Below are positions 30,241 through 42,386 of a stretch of DNA of 64,000 nucleotides, one piece after another (positions within the stretch are counted from its first letter, which is position 1; the number at the start of each line of letters is the position of its first letter). Source of the DNA: an uncultured Alphaproteobacteria bacterium (GTDB lineage Bacteria; Pseudomonadota; Alphaproteobacteria; Rs-D84); assembly GCA_944392595.1 (NCBI GenBank), contig CALXXD010000004.1, positions 33,040 to 97,039 on the forward strand. Direction: 5' to 3'. Below the pieces are notes generated by a model. The model was given only the letters and a program-made list of their open reading frames with translations. It did not search any database and had not been told where the DNA came from. The translations under genes were made by a program, and so were the position numbers.

Positions 30241-31509
30241 TTACTGATTCATCGACGCAAAGAAATCTGCATTCGTTTTCGTTACACGTAATTTATCCAA
30301 TAAAAACTCCATCGCTTCCAGTGTTCCCATTGGGTTAATTATGCGGCGTAAAACATACATCTTTGACAATGTGTCTTTGCCAACCAGTAAATCTTCTTTG
30401 CGTGTGCCTGATTTAGTAATATCAATCGCAGGATACACGCGTTTATCAGACAATTTGCGATCCAAAATAATTTCGCTGTTGCCTGTACCCTTGAACTCTT
30501 CGAAAATAACTTCGTCCATTTTGGAACCCGTATCAACCAACGCAGTCGCAATGATTGTCAAAGAACCGCCGCCTTCGATGTTACGGGCCGCGCCAAAGAA
30601 ACGTTTTGGACGCTGCAACGCGTACGCATCAACACCACCGGTTAACACTTTCCCACTGGACGGGACAACTGTATTATACGCGCGCCCCAATCGGGTGATT
30701 GAATCCAATAAAATAACAACGTCTTGCCCAGATTCAACCAATCGTTTGGCTTTTTCAATAACCATCTCGGCCACTTGAATATGGCGCGCGGCCGGTTCAT
30801 CAAATGTGGATGAAATAACCTCGCCCTTGACACTGCGTTGCATATCTGTAACTTCTTCGGGACGTTCGTCAATCAACAGCACGATTAACTTAACATCAGG
30901 ATAATTTGTCGCGATACTGTGCGCGATATTTTGCAGCATAACAGTTTTACCGGTACGCGGTGGTGCAACAATCAAACTGCGCTGTCCGCGCCCTGTGGGG
31001 GCAATTAAATCAATAACACGCGCAGACAAACTGCGGCCTTTATCTTTGTCATCAACAACCTCCATTTTCAGCATTTCATCTGGGTACAACGGGGTCATAT
31101 CGTCAAACGACACACGATGACGCAGTTTATCCGGATCGCCACCATTAACCCGTTCGATTGTTTCCAACGCGAAATAACGTTCAGATTCATTCTGGGGTGC
31201 CTGGATTTGACCCTCGATATAATCGCCGGTTTTCAATCCGTACTTTTTGATTAACGCGGGCGACACATACAAATCATCGGGCCCGGCCAAATAATTGCTT
31301 TCCGGTGCGCGCAGAAAACCAAAACCATCCTGCATACGTTCCAACACACCATCGCCGATTAAAGTAACCTTTTTATCCGCGGCGAAAACGCGCATAACCG
31401 CAAAACGCAGTTGTTGCACATTTAACTGGGCCGGATTTTCGATCCCCATATCTTCGGCCATTTTTAATAATTGCTGTGGCGATTTAGCCTTTAATTCATT
31501 AATATGCAT
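30241..31509 (-). CDS. rho: Transcription termination factor Rho
   Basis: [26 protein letters not shown] and FEEFKGTGN motifs. Confidence 0.99.
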   Translation of the reverse strand: MHINELKAKSPQQLLKMAEDMGIENPAQLNVQQLRFAVMRVFAADKKVTLIGDGVLERMQDGFGFLRAPESNYLAGPDDLYVSPALIKKYGLKTGDYIEGQIQAPQNESERYFALETIERVNGGDPDKLRHRVSFDDMTPLYPDEMLKMEVVDDKDKGRSLSARVIDLIAPTGRGQRSLIVAPPRTGKTVMLQNIAHSIATNYPDVKLIVLLIDERPEEVTDMQRSVKGEVISSTFDEPAARHIQVAEMVIEKAKRLVESGQDVVILLDSITRLGRAYNTVVPSSGKVLTGGVDAYALQRPKRFFGAARNIEGGGSLTIIATALVDTGSKMDEVIFEEFKGTGNSEIILDRKLSDKRVYPAIDITKSGTRKEDLLVGKDTLSKMYVLRRIINPMGTLEAMEFLLDKLRVTKTNADFFASMNQ

Positions 31510-31689
31510 AAATAATCCTTTTGGAAACTATGGAACCCAGAACGAGCCCCACCAATTGATGTAACCATTATATACCTTTTTTATGAAAAAGTCAAGTCTG
31601 CCCGCCATTACCCGCGATTTTCACTTGATTTTTTTGGTAAATCTTGCTCCAATAAACATATACGAAAATACTAAACAAAGGACACTACT

Positions 31690-32157
31690 ATGGCAGGCAG
31701 CATAAATAAAGTAATATTGGTCGGTAATGTTGGTCAAGATCCCCAGGTTCGCACAATGCAAAGCGGACAAAAGGTGGTAAGTTTTTCCCTGGCAACATCT
31801 GACCGTTGGCGCGACAGACAAACGGGCGAACAAAAAGAACAAACAGAATGGCATCGTGTTGTGATATTCAACCCGAATTTGGTCGAGGTCGCCGAACGTA
31901 TGCTGCAAAAGGGAACAAAATTATATCTCGAAGGTTCTTTGCGCACACGCAAATGGCAAAACCAGCAAGGCATTGATGTTTATACAACCGAAGTCGTATT
32001 GAATCAATTTGCGGGTCAAATGGTGATTTTGGCGGGCGCGAAAAGTCTGGACGGCGGCGCATCAACTGGCGGTGATTATGGCCAACCTGCATCGCAGCCG
32101 GCACAACCCCGCGAAGAAATATCCGTCGCCGATATTGGCGATGACATCCCATTTTAA
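31690..32157 (+). CDS. ssb: Single-stranded DNA-binding protein
   Basis: MAGSINKVILVGN, TEWHRVV and the DDIPF C-terminal tail. Confidence 0.99.
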   Translation: MAGSINKVILVGNVGQDPQVRTMQSGQKVVSFSLATSDRWRDRQTGEQKEQTEWHRVVIFNPNLVEVAERMLQKGTKLYLEGSLRTRKWQNQQGIDVYTTEVVLNQFAGQMVILAGAKSLDGGASTGGDYGQPASQPAQPREEISVADIGDDIPF

Positions 32158-32482
32158 TGGGATGGCATCGCCACGGTGATGAATCCGAGTATGTGAAAAC
32201 AAGCGTCAGCGCAGTTTGAACAACTACGAGGATACGCGCCGTGACATATGTCACAAGCGACCTTCCATTTTAATGGGATGGCATCGCCACGGTGATGAAT
32301 CCGAGTATATGAGAACAAGCGTCAGCGCCGTTCGAATAACTACGAGGATACCCACAGGCGTAAGCCGAGGGAATCCGAGTATGTGAAAACGAGCAACGCG
32401 AAGTTTGAACAACTACGAGGATACGCGCAGCAATATATTGCAAGCGACCTTCCATTCTAATGGAATGGCGTCACCCGGTGAC
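32143..32482. repeat. Composite array: 3 copies of the ssb 3' end/hairpin interleaved with 3 units of structured repeat family A
   Basis: gacNtNccattYtaatggRatggc at 32143, 32259 and 32446; family A units at 32181-32235, 32297-32351 and 32371-32424. Confidence 0.9.
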
Positions 32483-32542
32483 AACAAAAAATCAACAAAA
32501 TTTTATTACACAATAAAAAAACCGCCCAATGGGCGGTTATTA

Positions 32543-35500
32543 TCAGAACCGATACGATCCGGTAACCTTGATGTTGTGTAATTGTATCGCATCGTTATAT
32601 TGATAACGATAATCAATTCCAAACTGTAATCCCATCGCAGACAAGAATTCAACACCACCACCAATATTTGCCCACAACGGATCAATATCAATATCATATT
32701 TGGTATATGTATGTGCCGGCGCAAATTTATATTTTACAAAATCTGGCGCCCCCAATACATCGTATTCAACACCGATTGACGCGTATGGACGGATCTGGAA
32801 CCACGCCGACGGGTAAATACGCTTTTGTGCAATCAAAGAATACCCAGGTGTCAAAATCAGATACCCATCAGATTGCATATCCATATAATCTTGGCCTGCG
32901 GCATGTTCTGTGATATCAAAACCAAAGTTATATCCAACACGCGCATACGCATTACCAACGATATACTGATTCAGCCAATCATGCATCAAACCCCATTCAC
33001 TGATTAAACTGAACGCGGTACCACTGCCATCGATTGGGTTCATAAATGTTTGGTTACGCGCTATATCGAAAATATGTACATCCAAAAACGCATTTCCATA
33101 CAGACGCGTTTTTTCACCCAATATTTTCATCATATAACCACCCACACCAACATTCCAATCATCAACGGTCATATCGGCAAACCCACGCATTGGTGTATCC
33201 GGCAAATATCCCAAATCCACAACATCTGAATTATCAGTCGAAGAATTTGAAACATGCGCGGTCAATCCCAAAATAGTTGTTTCGGAATCTTGCCAATCAA
33301 ACCCGGCGGCGATGCTGAATCTGTCACCGTATGCGCGGCCATCTTGGACGTTTTGCGAAACGAATCCATAATCCACATCAACCCAAGCCTTGCTTAAACT
33401 GCGGTTACGATTCCAAATAAATTCATCAAACATACGATCTTCGAAATCACGGAAATTGGTATGTTCGTTCAGCGCAACAGCACCCGCAATTTGTTCCAAT
33501 TCACGCGCCTGGAACAAACGACTGAACCGCGCCAAAGGATCGGCATCGCCGGTCAAATAATAATTTTCCATGCGATCATACAACGCATCCGCCATTTCTG
33601 CGAAATTCGTACCTTTGAACATAGCAGGCAAAATTTCAATCGGCGCACTTTCACTGAAACCGACATTGATAATTTGCCCTGCGATTAAATCGTCCAGCGC
33701 GCCCGCAGAAACATATTCGCCATCAGTATGCGACGGCACACCTGCAACGATGGGCTGCAATTTGAATACTTCAATCGGCCCGCCATAATTCGGATTAAAC
33801 ACTACATACAAACTGTCGATTTTTCCATCACCATCGCTGTCGCGTTCAGTAATATAAATCGGCAAACCATTATCCTCGCTGCCTGATTCCAGCGAACCGT
33901 CACCTTTTATCGAACTTGCATAATCGATGCATATCGAACCGTCCGCATTACAGAACTTCACATCCAAATTGCGCAGGTGTTCAAAACCATCGGAAATGTC
34001 AATTCCGCCATCTGCATGCACCAACCAAATGGCATCGCCCATATCAACGTTTTCGAACAAAGTAACACCAACTGTTGGCTGGGCATCATTCGTCCCCAGT
34101 GACACACCGGTAATATTTGAAATCATCTTGCCATCTGTAATTTCAATCAGCGCACCTGCATTTTGTTCAGCATTGGTGATTTCACCGAATTTATTAACAC
34201 CATCATCGGTTATAGAAGACCAATAATCCTTGCCATCGGCCGTTGTGGCATCATTGAACACAACAGCCCATAAATCACTGCTGTTATTAAACGTATAATC
34301 GCCGTTGATTGTTGCCTTTTGTACGCCCCAGAAATCAACACCACCGGACACATTACCATTAACGGTTATATCCAACCAATCGTCACCCAAACGTGCAAAC
34401 CGTACATCACCCAACGCATCAATATTACCATTAACAACAACGGAATTCGTATTCACCAACAATTCACCAGAATCTTGATTAATTCCAGAAACGGTGAAAG
34501 CATTGCTTGAAATGGTATAATTATCGGAATTAATGCCAACCTGACCCGCGATTAAATCACCCAAAACATTTTGATTCAAAACTGTACCGGTTGTAAATTT
34601 GCCCGCAGTCGTCAATCCAGCCCCCGCCAAAGTTATCGTGCCATTCGCACCAAAACCGGTCACGTCAAACGAAGAAATTGTCACAACACCCGCACCGGAA
34701 TCCAGTGTCAAATCACCTGCATTTTTGGCAATTGAACCCAAAGTAATTCCATCGGCATTAATCGTTAATTTCGCGCCATCTCCAACGGTCAATGATTCGT
34801 TAATCTCTGCGGTGCCGTCCAAATTCCACAAACCGTCCGTCCCCGCCATCGCGGTATAATCCCCAGAAACCGTCAATCCCACGGCATTCAATTCAAATTT
34901 TTCAGTATCCAAATTCAATGCCCACGGCGTCCCAGTTCCCGACGTATCGGTCACGGTTCCCTGGATAACATCGCCCGTAACGGTCACATTACCTGTAACG
35001 TCAATTGAACTTGCATCAACAATCTGAACCGCGCCGGTTGTACTTGACTGACCACTTGTAACGGACAAAGCGCCACCAATATCAATGTCGGCGGCGGCAA
35101 TATTTGCACGACCACCACTGACCGAAACATCACCACCAACAATCACAGATTCCGCGGCATTATCGCCATTTCCGCCAATTGCCACCACACCGGCCGCAAC
35201 ATCAACAGAACCACCAACATCAACAGTCCCGGCCGCGGCAATATCAACCTCGACTTCGGCACTGGATGCGACATTGTTTGAAATTCCGCCCGTAATATTA
35301 ACAGACCCATTTTTGCTTGCGATACTGATGCTGTCGCCACCATTTGCAACATTGCCCTTAACCGTAACATCGCCCGCATTGGCCACAACGCCAACCGTGC
35401 CGCCGGTTACATTTCTGATACCACCAACGGTAACAACACCACCAGAAATACTCAACGCGCCAGCATTTTCAATCGCACCACCAACGGTAACACCACCGTC

Positions 35501-37789
35501 ATTATTCGCGGTTAATGTCAAAGTTTTTCCCGACACCAAATCCAACACACCGGAAATATCAATTGATGTATCCGATACCAATTCCAATTCGGTTGCGGCC
35601 TCGTCGGCAATTAACCCGACACGGTCATTAACGGCATTACCATCAAAATACAGTCCGCCATCAATATCAATCGCGCCACCCGCAACAACTGAACCAGTAT
35701 GCATAACAAACTTTGAACCATTATTGATGCTTAACCCACCACCAATTTCATTTGTACCTGCAACCAACTCCAATGTTCCGCCATTATCAACGGTCACAGA
35801 ATTTGTAACAGATAAATGATTGTCGAATTCGTCACCCAACACCAATGTATTAGTCGCGCCCGACACATTTACCGAATCGCCAACGGACATGGTCCCCGCC
35901 GCCAAAGTGACATTATGCGCCCCCGCCGCCGTAACATTGATATTGCCACCGATATTTAACGCAGCCTGATTTTCACCATCGGTCGCAACGTAATTTGATT
36001 TTAATGTAAAATCTTCTACACCACTGGCCGCGATAACAATGTCGCCACCATTGTCGGACGCCGCACCAACCGTAACATCACCATCAATGGATATTGAACC
36101 CGCGGCTGTAACATTACTCGTTGCCTTGGCAATATTCAGTGTCGCGCCCGACTGAATATCAATCACGCCATTTACAGTCACGCCGCCCGCCAAATTATTC
36201 AGATTAATTGCCCCGGCATCTGCATCAATCGAACCAACGGTTAAACCGTTATTATTGTCATCACCCGTGGCATTAATATTTATGTTTCCACCACTGCTGA
36301 CCAATGCGCCATTAACCGCGATTGTGTTACCATCAATATTAATTTCACCAGACGCATTAGTAACCGATTGCCCAATCGTAACCGTGCCATCCGCCACAGA
36401 CGCCGCAACATTCAAAGTACCACCAGACACGTTTGAAACGCTGCCATCAATCTGAACTGTGTCACCACCGTACAAAGCCATAACATTGCCGGCACTTGCG
36501 CCATTATGCACCACACTGCCCTTAACGGTCAAAGAACCAGCCGACGCAATTTCAGTACTTGCCGCATCCGCGCTCGAACGCACATCACCATTCACAGTTA
36601 CACTGTTCGTGCCATCGACAATCGTATCACTGATTTCAAAATTGCCAATTTCCAGGCTGTTTCCATTATTTGTCACATTACCAACGGCGATTGTCGGCGC
36701 ATGCACCCGCATATCACCGCCATTATTTGTTACATCAATCCAAGCCGTCCCTTGGGCAGTGCTGACAGTCCCCTGCTTTACAATCAGTGTAAATTCATTC
36801 AATTTGTTTGTAAATACGCCCAGCCATCTGTCCACACCGGCACCCAAATCCAAACTCCCGGTTGTCAGCGAAAACGTATTATCCGCCCCCATGGCACTTA
36901 AATCAAAACCGTTCGCCAAATTCGTTTTGCCGGCAATATTGATATTCAAATTTCCCTTGTTCACAAACGACGCGTTATCTGAATCGCCACCGGACACAGT
37001 CAAACTTGCCCCAGTAATATTCATAGTCCCATCGTTCGAATCGTTTTTGATTGTAGCGGTAACTGCTATCTCGCCCGCGGCTTTAACAGTCATACCATTG
37101 CTGCTGGAATTATAAATACTGCCCCCAACGGTTATCCCGCCGGATTCTGCCGCAACGGATTCTGCCGCAACACTAACATTGCCCGCAGTTCCGCGATTTT
37201 CTATATCACCATCACTTACAATTGTCCCAGCGGCTATATTGGCATTTCCCGCGCCAGTATTATGAAAGCCATCGATATCCAAATCACCCGCAATATCAAT
37301 ATCTGTATTGCCCGTGGCATTTGTAATCGCACCCGATGTCATACTGCCCGCCGCAATATTCAAATCCGCAGCCGCATTAATAACACCCTTCGCAGTCAAA
37401 GTATTGACACCAGTAATCGTCAAATTACCATTCGCATTAACAGAGCCCAGATTAATTGCAATCGTATTGGTATTTTCCGGATCAACACCCAGCGCCAACG
37501 AATATCCATTCTCAATTTTTAATTCATTCGTAACCGTAAATGACACACCCGACGCGTCACCATTATAAAATAACGAGAAATCTGGCCCCGCACCATCAGC
37601 CGTATAAGTATAAATATTATTATCCAGATCCGGATTTTCCGGCACGCTGTATCCAATCAGCACATTCGTCGCACTGACAGAATCCGAAAACACAGCCCCC
37701 GAACCCGTCAATGGATTATCAAAACTAAAAGCAGCCTGGGCACCCATTGGCGCCAAGCACAACATAAAGAATATTGTTTTTTTCATCAT
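32543..37789 (-). CDS. Large autotransporter-like outer-membrane adhesin (1748 aa)
   Basis: Signal peptide; long G/N/T/V-rich beta-helix-like passenger; C-terminal ~290 aa amphipathic beta-barrel ending GSYRF. Confidence 0.82.
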   Translation of the reverse strand: MMKKTIFFMLCLAPMGAQAAFSFDNPLTGSGAVFSDSVSATNVLIGYSVPENPDLDNNIYTYTADGAGPDFSLFYNGDASGVSFTVTNELKIENGYSLALGVDPENTNTIAINLGSVNANGNLTITGVNTLTAKGVINAAADLNIAAGSMTSGAITNATGNTDIDIAGDLDIDGFHNTGAGNANIAAGTIVSDGDIENRGTAGNVSVAAESVAAESGGITVGGSIYNSSSNGMTVKAAGEIAVTATIKNDSNDGTMNITGASLTVSGGDSDNASFVNKGNLNINIAGKTNLANGFDLSAMGADNTFSLTTGSLDLGAGVDRWLGVFTNKLNEFTLIVKQGTVSTAQGTAWIDVTNNGGDMRVHAPTIAVGNVTNNGNSLEIGNFEISDTIVDGTNSVTVNGDVRSSADAASTEIASAGSLTVKGSVVHNGASAGNVMALYGGDTVQIDGSVSNVSGGTLNVAASVADGTVTIGQSVTNASGEINIDGNTIAVNGALVSSGGNININATGDDNNNGLTVGSIDADAGAINLNNLAGGVTVNGVIDIQSGATLNIAKATSNVTAAGSISIDGDVTVGAASDNGGDIVIAASGVEDFTLKSNYVATDGENQAALNIGGNINVTAAGAHNVTLAAGTMSVGDSVNVSGATNTLVLGDEFDNHLSVTNSVTVDNGGTLELVAGTNEIGGGLSINNGSKFVMHTGSVVAGGAIDIDGGLYFDGNAVNDRVGLIADEAATELELVSDTSIDISGVLDLVSGKTLTLTANNDGGVTVGGAIENAGALSISGGVVTVGGIRNVTGGTVGVVANAGDVTVKGNVANGGDSISIASKNGSVNITGGISNNVASSAEVEVDIAAAGTVDVGGSVDVAAGVVAIGGNGDNAAESVIVGGDVSVSGGRANIAAADIDIGGALSVTSGQSSTTGAVQIVDASSIDVTGNVTVTGDVIQGTVTDTSGTGTPWALNLDTEKFELNAVGLTVSGDYTAMAGTDGLWNLDGTAEINESLTVGDGAKLTINADGITLGSIAKNAGDLTLDSGAGVVTISSFDVTGFGANGTITLAGAGLTTAGKFTTGTVLNQNVLGDLIAGQVGINSDNYTISSNAFTVSGINQDSGELLVNTNSVVVNGNIDALGDVRFARLGDDWLDITVNGNVSGGVDFWGVQKATINGDYTFNNSSDLWAVVFNDATTADGKDYWSSITDDGVNKFGEITNAEQNAGALIEITDGKMISNITGVSLGTNDAQPTVGVTLFENVDMGDAIWLVHADGGIDISDGFEHLRNLDVKFCNADGSICIDYASSIKGDGSLESGSEDNGLPIYITERDSDGDGKIDSLYVVFNPNYGGPIEVFKLQPIVAGVPSHTDGEYVSAGALDDLIAGQIINVGFSESAPIEILPAMFKGTNFAEMADALYDRMENYYLTGDADPLARFSRLFQARELEQIAGAVALNEHTNFRDFEDRMFDEFIWNRNRSLSKAWVDVDYGFVSQNVQDGRAYGDRFSIAAGFDWQDSETTILGLTAHVSNSSTDNSDVVDLGYLPDTPMRGFADMTVDDWNVGVGGYMMKILGEKTRLYGNAFLDVHIFDIARNQTFMNPIDGSGTAFSLISEWGLMHDWLNQYIVGNAYARVGYNFGFDITEHAAGQDYMDMQSDGYLILTPGYSLIAQKRIYPSAWFQIRPYASIGVEYDVLGAPDFVKYKFAPAHTYTKYDIDIDPLWANIGGGVEFLSAMGLQFGIDYRYQYNDAIQLHNIKVTGSYRF

Positions 37790-37872
37790 AATTTTTTATT
37801 TCTTTCCGTCCAAATTTATGCTTATATTATTACACAATTCCCAGATTAAGACAAGCCGGAATTGCAAAATAA

Positions 37873-39168
<1,296 letters not shown>

Positions 39169-39174
39169 AAATAA

Positions 39175-39381
39175 ATGATAACACCGTCCGATATTTTATT
39201 GGTTGCAAAATACGCAGTTGCGATAATGATTGTTATCACAATCGTATTGGCGCCGGCATGGTTGGCGCGTCAAACCGGTAAAAATAAACAGGATATGATT
39301 CTGGTTCGTCTGGCCAGTTGGATATTCGGCTGGACGGGCATCGGATGGCTTTGGTCATTATTTTGGTCATCAAAAAAATAA
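39175..39381 (+). CDS. Superinfection immunity protein family (T4 Imm-like)
   Basis: P.W.A.......IFGWTGIGWLWSLFWS signature; 68 aa with two TM segments. Confidence 0.72.
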   Translation: MITPSDILLVAKYAVAIMIVITIVLAPAWLARQTGKNKQDMILVRLASWIFGWTGIGWLWSLFWSSKK

Positions 39382-39612
39382 TCCCCACCCTGGGGATTTT
39401 TTTACCCAAAAATAAAACGCCCCCGCGGAATAAAGTTTCCACACAGAGGGAAACTCAGCCCGCAACGAGAACACAACAAGTTCCTCATCTAGCGGAGGGG
39501 TGGCGCGATACCGGGCCCCACGAAAATGCAATTTTTCGTGGGTGGTTGTGCCGGGGTGGTCTGTTCCAAATGCCCACATTGTGGGGCATATACTACATAA
39601 CACGAACGCACC

Positions 39613-40015
39613 AATGCCCACCGCCCCCGGGCCCCGCGCAAACCCTGTTTGCGTGGGTGGATTCCGGGCGGGGGGTGTCGCGCCCCGCGCGACGGGGGGT
39701 GGGGACTTGTCACCCGAAGCCTTGGCGAAGGATGATTTATCACCCGAAGCCTCGGCGAAGGGTAATCTGTCACGAGTAACGAGTTGCGAGTAACTAGTAA
39801 CCAATGCCCACCGCCAAAGAATAGAAAGAATCACAGTAATTCGTCGCGTTGGTCGTATGAATGCCCACCGCCCCCGGGCCCCGCGCAAACCCTGTTTGCG
39901 TGGGTGGATTTCGGGCGGGGGGTGTCGCGCCCCGCGCGACGGGGGGTGGGTCTTGTCACCCGAAGCCTTGGCGAAGGATGAAACACGAGTAACTAGTAAC
40001 AAGTCACGAGTAACT
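39613..40015. repeat. GC-rich palindromic repeat family B, two copies, plus cacgagtaac short repeats
   Basis: About 120 bp units at 39613-39735 and 39860-39981; a third copy lies at 51816-51941. Confidence 0.9.
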
Positions 40016-40022
40016 CCCCCTT

Positions 40023-40162
40023 GTCATTGCGAAGGAGCGCGAAACGTTGAAAACGTTGGCGTACGCCTGTGGCAATCCAGTTATAATATGTCTGCGGGCA
40101 TTCGCCCGCAGTGCTTTTTTATTTACTGGATCGCCACGGTCGTTTTACTCCCTCGCGATGAC
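40023..40162. repeat. REP/RPE-like palindromic element
   Basis: gtcattgcga...gtggcaatccag...ctggatcgccac...tcgcgatgac nested inverted repeats. Confidence 0.75.
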
Positions 40163-40411
40163 AAAGGGGACTAAGTGGATAATCCCGCAGTCTCTAAACC
40201 ACCCCGCCCCAACCACCCACGCGACACGTCGCGCGGGGCCCGGGTATTTGGGCACCCCTCCAATGGAGGGGAACTTAGCCCGCGACGGGAAATACGAGTC
40301 ACGAGTTAGGAGTCACGAGTAACTAAGCACCCAAGCCGCGATAAAAAATATAAAAAGAAAAAATCCCGCGGGACACGACACCCCACGGGACAAAAATCAA
40401 TTTTTCACAGG

Positions 40412-40567
40412 TTATTTCTGAATTTGTCCATCATCAATTTTCAAATTCCGCTTTAACCATTCTGCCTTTAAATTAACAACTGATGCGGCATGTCTGTACC
40501 CCGCACCACGCGTTTTGGCATTCAATGTTGCGGCTGCTTTTGTAAGATCATTTGTCTTTTCAGTCAT
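40412..40567 (-). CDS. Possible small protein (51 aa)
   Basis: ATG ORF MTEKTNDLTKAAATLNAKTRGAGYRHAASVVNLKAEWLKRNLKIDDGQIQK with an upstream TTGACA..TATATT promoter-like sequence; shorter than the ORF-track cutoff. Confidence 0.4.
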   Translation of the reverse strand: MTEKTNDLTKAAATLNAKTRGAGYRHAASVVNLKAEWLKRNLKIDDGQIQK

Positions 40568-40658
40568 ATTCAACGCCTTTATATAACCACCACGGCAAGA
40601 CGAAATATATACTAATAATTGTTTTTTGTCAAGTATTTACTTCGCCCCGCCCTGTAAA

Positions 40659-42287
40659 TTATTCAGAACACCCGTACATTCCGCATACCTCTGTTTGGTC
40701 GGGCATAACATATTCTTCGACCACAGTAATCGGTTTTTGCGGTTTTTCTGTATAATGAACTTCCTTGATAACCTGGACACGGCGATTCGCAGCATTCGCG
40801 ACACCATCGCCCGTCTGGACGGCCAAATCTTCTTCACCCGCAGAAACCGCGACGATTTGGCTGGCCGGGATGCCGTATTTAATCAGCATTTTTTGAACTG
40901 CATCTGCGCGCCGCCCGCCCAAAGCATAGTTATAATCATTTGTACCCATCGTATCCGTATGTCCGATAACAGAAACTTTGATATTTTTACTTTCCTGGGT
41001 TGCAGACGCCAACTGCTTGATTAACTGTTCATATTCAGGCTTGATTGTGGCCTTGTCAAAATCGAACAAGATTTCGAACACTTCCTCCATCACGCGCTGT
41101 TTGGGTTCCAACGGAATTTGTTGCACTTTGATAAATGTTTTTTCGTATGATTTTTGTGCGTTCGCATTTGCAGCCGCCAACTGATCCAATCTTTGATTAA
41201 TCGCCATCAGTTCGGCCCGCATTGCCATCATCATATTAATAAACTCTTCGCGCGTAACCAATTCATCGCTGACCTGGGGAATTTGTTCAGTTTGAACATC
41301 CATCACCTGGGCTTCTTCAACACCGCCACCATCCACAGCAGTTTCGGCGGCCACAGGCACACAATTGGTATCATCTTTATGCACACAGCGACGCACGCTG
41401 TTATCATTAACGTTATTGCTGTCACTGATGGTTTTGTCACCGCCATAGATATTTTGATTAAACACCAACGGCTGCACAGGTTCTGGATTAATTAAATGTT
41501 CAGGCACATTAACGTTATTAACAATAATTACCCCCTCGCGCGCTTTGGATCCCCGCATAGCAGACAAATTGCGCGTATCAGGGTAATATTCCTGGGTCTG
41601 CTTTTTCTGGACCTTTGGCGTAACGGTATCGCGTTCAACCGCCACCAAGACGTCCCCAGTTGCCGTCATTGTTGTTTGCGTTGTTTCAGTTGTAATCTGG
41701 CTGACACCATCCTGGGTTGTAACAGTATTGCTGATAACGGTTCCGCTGTTATTTTCCAACGCCTGCATAGTTTTATAAAAACGCCCACGGCATTCTTCGG
41801 CGGTCCCGGTCTGACCACTGGCCGCAGCGGTCAGCCAACAATCATATTTTGCCTGGGCCTCGGCCGCCAATTGAGGCTGAGTCATACTGGCGTCATTTAC
41901 CAACTGATCTAATAATTCATTGTACGCGTTATGCAATTCGAACGAAGCCTGTTCATCCTCGACCGGCCAATTATCCAGCATTTCCGGATACGGCAATTCG
42001 CCACTGAACGCGGCCACAGCCTTTTGTGCGAAATATTCACCAATATCAGGATAACCACTTGTACCCGCATTATAAATTGCATACGAACGATAATTCATCG
42101 CCAACTGATTCAGAAAAGAATCTTTGTGTGGTGCAGAATAAACATCCAAACTTTCCACATAATCAACCGTCGGCGTCGCCACAGGCGCATATTCACCCGA
42201 TTGATTATTACCCGCACAGGCCGCCAAAGCAACCACAGACGTCATCACCAACACACGTGAAGCAAAAACAAAAGATTTATTTTTCAT
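40659..42287 (-). CDS. OmpA family lipoprotein
   Basis: Lipobox LAAC; AQAKYDCW domain; C-terminal FDFDKA..GHTD..YNYALG.RRA..NRRV. Confidence 0.92.
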   Translation of the reverse strand: MKNKSFVFASRVLVMTSVVALAACAGNNQSGEYAPVATPTVDYVESLDVYSAPHKDSFLNQLAMNYRSYAIYNAGTSGYPDIGEYFAQKAVAAFSGELPYPEMLDNWPVEDEQASFELHNAYNELLDQLVNDASMTQPQLAAEAQAKYDCWLTAAASGQTGTAEECRGRFYKTMQALENNSGTVISNTVTTQDGVSQITTETTQTTMTATGDVLVAVERDTVTPKVQKKQTQEYYPDTRNLSAMRGSKAREGVIIVNNVNVPEHLINPEPVQPLVFNQNIYGGDKTISDSNNVNDNSVRRCVHKDDTNCVPVAAETAVDGGGVEEAQVMDVQTEQIPQVSDELVTREEFINMMMAMRAELMAINQRLDQLAAANANAQKSYEKTFIKVQQIPLEPKQRVMEEVFEILFDFDKATIKPEYEQLIKQLASATQESKNIKVSVIGHTDTMGTNDYNYALGGRRADAVQKMLIKYGIPASQIVAVSAGEEDLAVQTGDGVANAANRRVQVIKEVHYTEKPQKPITVVEEYVMPDQTEVCGMYGCSE

Positions 42288-42386
42288 AAAAAATCCCTTT
42301 CTGTAATCTTTGTTATTATACGATTTTTTGACATACGAGTAAAGCGAAAATCACGTATTAAATTAAAAACCGCCACACGGCGATTT

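Noticed and set aside
32143-32482. CRISPR array
   Set aside because: Units are 55-75 bp, internally structured and degenerate; the intervening parts are hairpins rather than unique spacers; no cas genes in the window
39318-40322. ORF-track proteins such as 39370..40002 and 39318..39779
   Set aside because: They are translations of GC-rich palindromic repeats with no protein-like features
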